Shown: piece after piece, positions 26,901 to 32,924 of the stretch
How the letters are laid out: each line of letters opens with the position of its first letter
How positions within the stretch are numbered: the stretch's first letter is position 1
Assembly (NCBI GenBank): GCA_039802145.1
Contig: JBDRWA010000001.1
Coordinates: 1 to 45,910, forward strand
Reading direction: 5' to 3'
Source of the DNA: a candidate division WOR-3 bacterium
GTDB taxonomy: Bacteria > Hydrothermota > Tepidihabitantia > SM23-42 > JAOAFX01
DNA: 45,910 bases
Program-made: the position numbers and the translations under genes
Notes under the pieces: generated by a model
Databases searched by the model: none
What the model was told of the DNA's origin: nothing
Seen by the model: only the letters and a program-made list of their open reading frames with translations

Positions 26901-27970
26901 TTTCGCCCATTTCTGCGGACTTGCACTTCTACGGCAATTCTGCTTATGTCTCAGACGATGGTAGATATCCGGGTGAGTTTGATTATGCTAATAAGATTCA
27001 AGTTGATTATGCCCAGGCAGCAGGATACTACACCCGTTACGGTGATGTCCTAACATTACTACAAGAAGGAGATAATAAATTTGTAATAATGAAATCCGGA
27101 GACGAGATAAAACTTACATTTGATGCTCAAGAACTACCGCCATTACCAGACGGCTGGAAACGAGACTTCATCTTCGCAACAAAAGGATTCTATAAGGCGA
27201 TTAGACCTGGCCGTGCCTATGCTTACTCTGTAGATCCATTACCTTTCTACGGAATGCGCGCAGATTTATCTGCAAATGGTGTTGGTTATTATCCTTATGA
27301 CCCAGCACCGGGACTATTCGGTTCACTGATCGGAAGAATTTATGCAAGGATTGCCTGGGGTTATCCATTTTCACTTAAAGATGCGATTACACTGATTAAA
27401 AACCATATTACGAATAAGGTGAATAATAAATATCCTGCAGAACTTACCGAATACTGCCAGTTATGGAATACGAGAAGGGTAGAAGGTTATTATCCTGCCT
27501 ATTATGCGAATTTCTTACCGCATAAGAACCTTGAGAAAGTGCCTTTAACCGAAAGAGAAGGCAAATGGCCTATGCACCTTGCCTCGCTGGGAATTCCATT
27601 CGGACCGCATTCATTATACAGCAACTATGTCCGCCTCTGGATGGTGACACATAATCCACTCGTTGTAGTTGAGGAGAAACCTGCAAATCAAGCAAAGGGA
27701 TTTTCATTTATTGCCCTTCAGAATCCGTTCCGCAATATCGCTAAATTCGAATACAATCTGCCAGTGAATACAAAGGTCAATATAAGCGTATATGATAATA
27801 CAGGAAGACTGGTGCGTCGTCTCGTAGATGCAAAACAGGATAGAGGCAGTTATCAACTGGAATGGTCGGGCGATGATGAGCAGGGTAGAAAGTTGTCGAC
27901 TGGAGTCTACTTTGTAAGATTTGAGACCGACCAGACGAACACGGTCCAGAAGGTGATAATGCTGAAATAA
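23906..27970 (+). CDS. Giant secreted S8 peptidase: I9-like propeptide, complete S8 catalytic set, ~800-aa uncharacterised extension, T9SS C-terminal sorting domain
   Basis: I prefer the start at ATG 23906 (GGAGG 5 nt upstream) over the track TTG at 23888. Motifs: GHIDTGV (Asp), DDHGHGTHTMG (His), SQGNSGP (oxyanion Asn), MQGTSMASPHVTGG (Ser). Tail QNPFRNIAKF...VYDNTGRLV...GVYFVRF...VIMLK. Confidence 0.88.
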   Translation: MFNLLLAFLFVARPVIPGKMTPELAQILHNTSDNEKILVIVHMATEYPYDQLRGMTPVEKCKVFENIAFNSQREIVEYLKSLPDEFAEVGGQFWIFNGFHLKATKALIYELAKRDDIWFICHNGIVKLDADVLPEADITGRAPEWNIKKIKADSCWAEGYSGSGIILGHIDTGVLTTHEALTGKWLSPYWIDGVSGQANPYDDHGHGTHTMGTICGGDGPGPFANDVGVAYGARYIPTKAFDSGGSGQYAWIDTCMQYLARLKSQGVDIRAIGNSWGSSGQTDLHWWDIILNWKNLDVFPVFSQGNSGPNSGTANAPGNYPTAIGVGATDSLDVIASFSSRGPAPNQSPWNDPQYWYYPTWNLLKPDVSAPGVAVRSSYNNGGYTSMQGTSMASPHVTGGTAILLEKNSTLTPDQLFEIFYTTCDQPSGGGPYPNNNYGWGRINLYRALQQTPPPTPHHNIRVQTIVVPGTREREYTVIQPQVRFKNAGTFDENNIPVVCQIKRGTTTVYTSNRTIGSLLQNKDTLITFDNFTVGSCGNHYTAFGIANLSTDTLHYDDTLKKNFVAARVYEVTTPDCDAWKIANADSGTPPAPTNPAWIPATTTEKQQISALDNQWWVTAGSPQDTTHMDVQLYGFRLTGVPDTAIEEMTLEWWGHHGSGVRDQLRFRLWNTLTSSYSLKITQQNVTSDQLFSIIIPDDSAEAYVGNDGFLYACVANDVYIKSSCPLLFTHNKNKSYFIGDIVTGGDIGTWIGRVMGVNLYAPPDYDEYVKIDGEKLQAVNGKYHLSINEMLQEISYIDEVTLYAVDHPAGSDIYPHEALLWPGYQGLKIFNGYEKPIYKVFNEKGQDITDYLNAIDRNFAPFELTGLVGFAKPFTITLDLGELNDPDNTVLCLYGSTRFPDAGKIKEVSDIYEAYKKGMKVQNPTVEVYNNGKWQKIKSCGMPAGHKKVVTYPLFDENGKSIFKGKDYKLRITFYHEVYLDKIWITTDTDNNYRIAALSPISADLHFYGNSAYVSDDGRYPGEFDYANKIQVDYAQAAGYYTRYGDVLTLLQEGDNKFVIMKSGDEIKLTFDAQELPPLPDGWKRDFIFATKGFYKAIRPGRAYAYSVDPLPFYGMRADLSANGVGYYPYDPAPGLFGSLIGRIYARIAWGYPFSLKDAITLIKNHITNKVNNKYPAELTEYCQLWNTRRVEGYYPAYYANFLPHKNLEKVPLTEREGKWPMHLASLGIPFGPHSLYSNYVRLWMVTHNPLVVVEEKPANQAKGFSFIALQNPFRNIAKFEYNLPVNTKVNISVYDNTGRLVRRLVDAKQDRGSYQLEWSGDDEQGRKLSTGVYFVRFETDQTNTVQKVIMLK

Positions 27971-27976
27971 GAAAGC

Positions 27977-28005
27977 CAAGGGGGCAGGATTTGCCTGCCC
28001 CCTTG
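27977..28005 (+). terminator. 12-bp GC-rich hairpin (CAAGGGGGCAGG-atttg-CCTGCCCCCTTG)
   Basis: Perfect stem beginning 7 nt after the stop codon. No T-tract follows (an A-run does). Confidence 0.55.
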
Positions 28006-28114
28006 AAAAATTAAATAATAAAATACGCTATTTATTGATTGTTGCATTCCACCACAGGCAGAAAAGATATATTACGCCAACCGGATAAATAGAAGAATGA
28101 GATTTTAAAAAAAT

Positions 28115-29320
28115 ATGAAATCAATAAGTAAGATTTGCTTGTTTTATAAAGGCAGGTCAAATTTTTTAAAAGAATTTTTTTACCTTTTTAATAAGGGTGG
28201 GATAAAATCTACTATTTCTTGTCTGCGACTATTCAAGACCGCATTAAATAACGAAAAGATAAATAAATTTAACGATAAAGCAGTCCTTTTCTTTCTCATT
28301 CCACCTATCCCGTCAGAGAGTTTTAGACGCCATTTAAGGCATTATTCAAACAAATTTATTTTGCGAAACGGAAATAGTTTCTTTGGACAGGCATTCATCG
28401 CGGTCAATCGCAAATGTCCGTTCAATTGCTGGTATTGTAGTGCAGGCAACACGCAGGATAATGAATTGAGTTTAGAAGAACTGGATGGAGTTATTTCGCT
28501 GTTTAAAGACTGGGGTGCAAGCACAATTGTCTTTACCGGTGGTGAACCACTTTTGAGGGATGATATAGATATTTTGATCTCAAAATATCATGAAGATCTG
28601 TCATTTGTTATATTGACTTCTGGTTATGGATTGAGTGTAAAAAGGGCAAAAAGACTGAAAGATAACGGTTTGTTTTCAATTTCTATCAGCCTCGATCACT
28701 TTGACCCTAAAATCAATGACCGGTCAAGGGGTAGGGAAGGGGCATTTGACATTGCCCTTGATGCCATAAAGAATGCCAAGAGTGCTGGATTGTATACAGT
28801 CGTCCAGACCGTAGCAACAAGCGAATTGTTAAGGGATGGAGAGACAGAAAGATTCATAGACTTTGTAAAAAATTTAGATGTTGATGAATTATTCCTCCTT
28901 GAACCGCTCTGCACTGGAAGATTGTTTAGTAAAGAAAGAGATATTTATTTGAATGGCGAAGAGGCAGAAAAATTGAAATTATTACATATCCAATCAGCGA
29001 AAAAGAAAAACGGTTTGAAGATTATTACATCCCCATTCATTGAAGATACTACAAAATTTGGCTGTGGTGCTGGTACCCAGCATATCTATGTTGATACGAG
29101 TGGCGATCTCTGGCCCTGCAATTTTCTCCCTGTATCATTGGGGAATCTCTTAAGAGAACCTGAGGCTGTGAAGATAAGACTTAAGAAATATTTCAGTAAA
29201 CCATGTGGTTTCTGTATTCTAAAGAAGTACCACAAAGAATTATTAAAGTATTATGATAATGGATTACCTATAAAGTTTGAATGCATAGAAAAGATATTAG
29301 AAAAGATGGATAAATCCTGA
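28115..29320 (+). CDS. Radical SAM enzyme with C-terminal SPASM/twitch-like Cys cluster
   Basis: 401 aa with CPFNCWYC (CxxxCxxC) after a ~95-aa N-terminal extension. GGEPLL motif. The C-terminus GCGAGTQHIYVDTSGDLWPCNF...PCGFC resembles a partial SPASM domain. Confidence 0.8.
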   Translation: MKSISKICLFYKGRSNFLKEFFYLFNKGGIKSTISCLRLFKTALNNEKINKFNDKAVLFFLIPPIPSESFRRHLRHYSNKFILRNGNSFFGQAFIAVNRKCPFNCWYCSAGNTQDNELSLEELDGVISLFKDWGASTIVFTGGEPLLRDDIDILISKYHEDLSFVILTSGYGLSVKRAKRLKDNGLFSISISLDHFDPKINDRSRGREGAFDIALDAIKNAKSAGLYTVVQTVATSELLRDGETERFIDFVKNLDVDELFLLEPLCTGRLFSKERDIYLNGEEAEKLKLLHIQSAKKKNGLKIITSPFIEDTTKFGCGAGTQHIYVDTSGDLWPCNFLPVSLGNLLREPEAVKIRLKKYFSKPCGFCILKKYHKELLKYYDNGLPIKFECIEKILEKMDKS

Positions 29321-29348
29321 GACATTTATCCTTATAATAGAAGGAGGT

Positions 29349-32156
29349 ATGATGGTAGGTAGTGCATTAATCTTAGTCTTTACGCTGCTACCACAGATTC
29401 CAGGTAAGTTGACCCCGGAACTTTTAGAAATACTTAATCGCTCTTCACCCGGTGAAAAAATCTTTGTCATTGTCCATATGAGTACTGAATACCCATATGC
29501 TGAGATTGAAAACTTGCATCCTCAGGAAAAATGTAAAATCTTTGAGCAGGTTGCCAGAAATTCCCAGAAGGATATTATCAATTATCTTAAAAGATTGCCC
29601 GTAGAAAAGGCAGAAGTCCTTAAGCAGTTCTGGATTTTTAATGGCTTCCATCTGAAGGCAACGAAGCATATAATCTATGAACTCGCCAAACGTGATGATA
29701 TCTGGTTTATCTGCCATAACGGAATAATAAAACTTGATGATGAGGTTTTGTCAGAATCGGATATTACAGGGCGTACGCCAGGGTGGAATATTATAAAGAT
29801 AAAAACGGATTCCTGCTGGCTTGCTGGATATAGCGGTGCAGGTGTTATTGTTGGACACATTGATACAGGAGTTATGATAGACCACCCTGCCCTTGAAGGG
29901 AAATGGTTATTACCTTACTGGTATGATGCGGTGAATTTTTACCCTAGACCGTATGATGATCATGGACATGGCACTTTTACAATGGGCACTCTATGCGGTG
30001 GTGATGGCTTTGGACCATTCGGTGAAGATGTCGGTGTTGCCTTTGGTGTAAAATATATTGCAACCAAGGCATTTGATTCTCATGGCTCTGGACAATATGC
30101 TTGGATAGATGCCTGTATGCAGTATCTTGCAGATTTGAAGGCACAGGGTGTGAACATTTGTATAATAAATAATTCATGGGGATCTGCCAATGGCTCGGAT
30201 TTACACTGGTGGAATCTCATTCTCACCTGGAAAAATTTAGAAATCTTTGCCGTTTTTGGCACAGGAAGTAGCGGTCCTGGTTCAGGGACGGTTGTTTCAC
30301 CGGCAAGTTATCCCCTTGTCGCCGGAATCGGTGCCACCGATTCCAGTGATAACATAACGAGTTTCTCTTCCCGTGGTCCAGCACCGAACATCTCACCGAT
30401 AAATGACCCTCAATACTGGTTTTACCCGACCTGGAATTTGTTAAAACCAGATTTCTCAGCCCCCGGGCAAAATATTCGTTCATGCTACAATAATGGTGGT
30501 TATGCTAATTCCACAGGGTCAGGAATAACCACGCCCCATGTTGCTGGTGGTGCGGCGATTTTGTTAGAAAAAAATCCGGAACTTACGGTTAATGATATCT
30601 ATGATTTTTTCCGAATTTACTGTGACCAGCCTCCGCAGGGCGCACCGTATCCAAACAATAATTATGGTTGGGGCAGGGTTAATCTCTGGCGCTCTTTACA
30701 AAACATTCCGCCTTTGAATATGCCCAACATTGTTCTCGCCAATGCTTCAGTCGTTAATGACAACAATAGCAATGGTAAACTTGACCCTGGTGAAGATGCA
30801 GGAATTGTTTGTTATTTGAAAAACAGCGGGGGCGTGCAGGCGAGTAATGTCCAGGCAATTTTAAGGACAACATCTAATTATGTTATAATTTACGATTCAA
30901 CATATTTTTATGGCACAATCAGTTCCGGAGATACGGTTGAAAATACATCAGAACCATTTGTGTTAAGTGTATTAGATTCAACACCGCCAGGGCACATTTC
31001 AATTTTCCAATTAACAATCACCTCTGCCGAGACAACTTGGACAAGAAGTTTTTATAAAACGGTCGGTATCGCTCCAGGAACGATTATCTGGGGTCCTAAG
31101 ACACTGCCCAATTTTCCTACAAGCGGAATTGTCTATGGTATTTCCTATGATGCAGCGGATGATAAAATATATGTAGTAGACTTTAATTCACCTCAGATCT
31201 ATTGTTACTCATCGGATAGTTTTGTTACTTACTATGGGACAATTCCTGCGCCAGAAGATAGTCTCACTGACATCACCTATAGCCCTTATGATGATGCATT
31301 GTATGTGATTGGGCTCAATCCTAAAATTGTGTGGAAGATTGATAAGACGACTGGTGCAATACTCCGTCAATTTGATAATCCGGCAATTGACTATCCTGTC
31401 GGTATAGTTTTAAAACCGCATGATACACTATGGTTTGCGGATCGAAGGACTGCTCTTGGTACACCCCAGTTGCTTTATATTGGTGATACATTAGGAAATG
31501 CCAATCAATATAATAACCCGGTCCAGGGATATTACAACTCGCGGTGCCTCGCCTATGACGCGATTGGTAATTCATTTATTCAAGCCCATACATGGTATGA
31601 TTCTCATGGAAACAATTTGGATAGTGCTGGTGTTGTTGAAATAAAAGGTGAACCACCCATGTTGACATCAAATCTTATGCTGTTAAATCCAGCTTGGCAT
31701 ATAAGGGGTGTAGAATTTGACCCGCGGGATGGCAATTACTGGGTTACCATTGCCCAGGTTGGTGGCAGTTTTCCTGTAAGATGGATTGTAAAAGTGAGGG
31801 GTTTTTATACACCGACAACCGCGATTAAAGAAAGAAAAGTCTTCCAGACACAAAAAGGACTTTTAAATATTGTGCCGAATCCATTCCAGAATCACTGCGT
31901 TATTAAATTTCAAATTCCAAGCACCAAATCCCATAATCCAAACGGAAATGTAGGGCAAGGCTTCAGCCTTGCGATATACGATGTAACCGGTAGAATGGTT
32001 AGAGATTTTTCTTGGCTGACGGTAAACGGTGAACGGTCAACGGTTTTCTGGGATGGTTGTGATGATTCTGGTCGCAATTTGCCTGCAGGTGTTTATTTTG
32101 TTAGGTTAGATGTGGATGATTTCAAAAAAGTGGAAAAGGTTATATTTTTAAGATGA
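29349..32156 (+). CDS. S8-like paralogue with substituted nucleophile (probable pseudo-peptidase), NHL/beta-propeller-like region and T9SS C-terminal sorting domain
   Basis: 935 aa, collinear with the 23906 gene through the S8 domain with no gaps around the active site. Asp (GHIDTGV) and His (DDHGHGTFTMG) are kept, but GTSMASPHV is replaced by GSGITTPHV and the oxyanion GNSG by GSSG. Tail PNPFQNH...IYDVTGRMV...LPAGVYFVRL...VIFLR. The gene starts 28 nt after the radical SAM gene. Confidence 0.85.
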   Translation: MMVGSALILVFTLLPQIPGKLTPELLEILNRSSPGEKIFVIVHMSTEYPYAEIENLHPQEKCKIFEQVARNSQKDIINYLKRLPVEKAEVLKQFWIFNGFHLKATKHIIYELAKRDDIWFICHNGIIKLDDEVLSESDITGRTPGWNIIKIKTDSCWLAGYSGAGVIVGHIDTGVMIDHPALEGKWLLPYWYDAVNFYPRPYDDHGHGTFTMGTLCGGDGFGPFGEDVGVAFGVKYIATKAFDSHGSGQYAWIDACMQYLADLKAQGVNICIINNSWGSANGSDLHWWNLILTWKNLEIFAVFGTGSSGPGSGTVVSPASYPLVAGIGATDSSDNITSFSSRGPAPNISPINDPQYWFYPTWNLLKPDFSAPGQNIRSCYNNGGYANSTGSGITTPHVAGGAAILLEKNPELTVNDIYDFFRIYCDQPPQGAPYPNNNYGWGRVNLWRSLQNIPPLNMPNIVLANASVVNDNNSNGKLDPGEDAGIVCYLKNSGGVQASNVQAILRTTSNYVIIYDSTYFYGTISSGDTVENTSEPFVLSVLDSTPPGHISIFQLTITSAETTWTRSFYKTVGIAPGTIIWGPKTLPNFPTSGIVYGISYDAADDKIYVVDFNSPQIYCYSSDSFVTYYGTIPAPEDSLTDITYSPYDDALYVIGLNPKIVWKIDKTTGAILRQFDNPAIDYPVGIVLKPHDTLWFADRRTALGTPQLLYIGDTLGNANQYNNPVQGYYNSRCLAYDAIGNSFIQAHTWYDSHGNNLDSAGVVEIKGEPPMLTSNLMLLNPAWHIRGVEFDPRDGNYWVTIAQVGGSFPVRWIVKVRGFYTPTTAIKERKVFQTQKGLLNIVPNPFQNHCVIKFQIPSTKSHNPNGNVGQGFSLAIYDVTGRMVRDFSWLTVNGERSTVFWDGCDDSGRNLPAGVYFVRLDVDDFKKVEKVIFLR
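31905..31939 (+). repeat. In-frame 7-nt tandem array in T9SS tail, loop 1 (AAATTTC/AAATTCC/AAGCACC/AAATCCC/ATAATCC)
   Basis: Units read directly; they encode KFQIPSTKSHNP. The unit family resembles the arrays at 32335..32383. Confidence 0.75.
31947..31972 (+). repeat. Coding copy of the 26-nt palindromic element (AATGTAGGGCAAGGCTTCAGCCTTGC)
   Basis: 25/26 identical to intergenic 18773..18798. Translated in frame as NVGQGFSLA. Confidence 0.8.
32019..32046 (+). repeat. In-frame 7-nt tandem array in T9SS tail, loop 2 (ACGGTAA/ACGGTGA/ACGGTCA/ACGGTTT)
   Basis: Four contiguous heptamers. The first three differ only at position 6, and position 6 runs A, G, C, T across all four. They encode LTVNGERSTV. 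Confidence 0.85.
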
Positions 32157-32237
32157 TAGAAGTGAAGTGAGGAAATGGGTATGGAATTTAGAAGTAGAAA
32201 AAGATGTTTTTTGGACCGAATGACAAAAGCCTCTAAA

Positions 32238-32268
32238 CGATATAGGCTGCGAAGCTGTATAACGACGA
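32238..32268. repeat. 31-nt imperfect direct repeat, copy 1 (CGATATAGGCTGCGAAGCTGTATAACGACGA)
   Basis: 27/31 identical to 32834..32864 by manual alignment. Confidence 0.7.
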
Positions 32269-32276
32269 CCAATGCT

Positions 32277-32304
32277 TTGACTTCTCTGGTATCAGTGATA
32301 TAAT
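32277..32304 (+). promoter_or_regulatory. Consensus-like sigma70 promoter (TTGACT-16-TATAAT) in the relic region
   Basis: -35 at 32277..32282, -10 at 32299..32304. Followed by GGAGG (32310..32314) and an ATG at 32320. Confidence 0.5.
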
Positions 32305-32334
32305 CAATTGGAGGCAGAAATGAGAATTGCAAAT

Positions 32335-32383
32335 AAATTCGAAATCCGAAGCACGAAATTCGAAACAAATTCTAAATTCCAAA
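32335..32383 (+). repeat. 7-nt tandem array (AAATTCG/AAATCCG/AAGCACG/AAATTCG/AAACAAA/TTCTAAA/TTCCAAA)
   Basis: Read directly. Confidence 0.75.
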
Positions 32384-32409
32384 CCGCTACGCAGCACGGC
32401 GGACCAAAC

Positions 32410-32479
32410 AAATCCGCATTTCGCAATCCGAAATTCAAAATGCCTTTTTCCCGTTCCGCAATTCGCAAAACGAAATTTC
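32410..32479 (+). repeat. 7-nt tandem array (AAATCCG/CATTTCG/CAATCCG/AAATTCA/AAATGCC/.../CAATTCG/CAAAACG/AAATTTC)
   Basis: About ten units with conserved ..A..CG phase, read directly. Confidence 0.7.
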
Positions 32480-32517
32480 ATTAAAGATTTATGATGTTGC
32501 GGGTCGGGTAATGAAAT

Positions 32518-32549
32518 CATTTAACCATTTAACCAATTTTTCATTTAAC
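32518..32549 (+). repeat. 8-nt tandem array in orphan tail, loop 2 (CATTTAAC/CATTTAAC/CAATTTTT/CATTTAAC)
   Basis: Read directly; it encodes HLTNFSFN at the same loop as the heptamer arrays in the intact paralogues. Confidence 0.75.
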
Positions 32550-32670
32550 CAGATTGTTTGGGACGCTTTTGATGATTCCGGTCGTAAACTTCCTGCAGGT
32601 GTTTATTTTGTGCGGCTGGAGACGGGTGAATTCAGTATGGTGAAGAAGGTGATATTTTTAAGATAGGGGA

Positions 32671-32720
32671 TGAAGAAGGGTGAATAAGGGTGAAGAGGGG
32701 TAAAAAGGGGTTGGACAGGG
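32671..32720 (+). repeat. Five tandem decamers ending in G-runs (TGAAGAAGGG/TGAATAAGGG/TGAAGAGGGG/TAAAAAGGGG/TTGGACAGGG)
   Basis: Read directly. G3-4 runs are spaced 10 nt apart, with one more GGGG at 32666..32669. Confidence 0.85.
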
Positions 32721-32833
32721 TATCGGAGCCTCGGTGGAACGGAGCATCGGGGAAACCGAAATGGATTGCATTAGCTTGCTAATGCGCCGTTGTTTAATTA
32801 TTGGAATTTAATCATTGTTTGGGATTTAATTAG

Positions 32834-32864
32834 CGATACAGGCTGCGAAGTCGTAAAACGACGA
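32834..32864. repeat. 31-nt imperfect direct repeat, copy 2 (CGATACAGGCTGCGAAGTCGTAAAACGACGA)
   Basis: 27/31 identical to 32238..32268. Confidence 0.7.
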
Positions 32865-32866
32865 TA

Positions 32867-32894
32867 TTGTAATGATAAAAAAATTGGATATAAT
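32867..32894 (+). promoter_or_regulatory. Sigma70-type promoter (TTGTAA-16-TATAAT) for the KAS III-like gene
   Basis: -35 at 32867..32872, -10 at 32889..32894. A 30-nt leader carries GAAGGAGG. Confidence 0.6.
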
Positions 32895-32924
32895 TCACAA
32901 GTTGACGAATGCGAAGGAGGTCAT

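Larger units (their letters stand above)
32320..32484 (+). other. 54-codon low-complexity basic ORF (MRIANKFEIRSTKFETNSKFQ...) built from heptamer arrays; coding status doubtful
   Basis: It has its own SD and ATG, no signal peptide, and a 7-aa periodic sequence. It stops at 32482..32484, one frame off from the orphan T9SS tail. Confidence 0.2.
32376..32666 (+). pseudogene. Orphan T9SS C-terminal sorting-domain relic (no N-terminal cargo, no start codon or signal peptide)
   Basis: The open frame after the stop at 32373 reads ...ISQSEIQNAFFPFRNSQNEISLKIYDVAGRVMKSFNHLTNFSFNQIVWDAFDDSGRKLPAGVYFVRLETGEFSMVKKVIFLR*. This closely matches the tail of the 29349 gene but lacks the PNPF start and any upstream cargo. 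Confidence 0.75.

Noticed and set aside
27977-28005. Hairpin after the giant S8 gene as a REP copy cognate to the RAYT inverted repeats
   Set aside because: It is similar in style (GGGGGCAGG versus GGGGACAGGCAAC), but the sequences do not align beyond a few G/C positions. I kept it as a simple terminator-like hairpin.
32467-32484. Programmed -1 ribosomal frameshift joining the 54-codon ORF to the orphan T9SS tail
   Set aside because: The junction (CGC AAA ACG AAA TTT CAT TAA) contains no X-XXY-YYZ slippery heptamer in the required frame, and there is no obvious downstream stem-loop. The fused product would also lack a signal peptide.
32093-32520. Two minus-strand ORFs (91 and 95 aa) across the relic region
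   Set aside because: They are composed of the reverse complement of the heptamer arrays (FEFRI-type low complexity), with no promoter or SD in that orientation.
32768-32785. 18-nt perfect palindrome GCATTAGCTTGCTAATGC upstream of the KAS III promoter, as terminator or operator
   Set aside because: It is a single occurrence. The 2-nt centre makes a poor RNA hairpin, there is no T-tract, and there is no partner regulator. The evidence is too weak to call.
32238-32864. Possible CRISPR array, considered because of repeated ~31-nt sequences and short tandem repeats
   Set aside because: There are only two imperfect copies, about 565 nt apart. The other repeats are 7-10-nt tandem units with no spacer structure. 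No cas genes are present.
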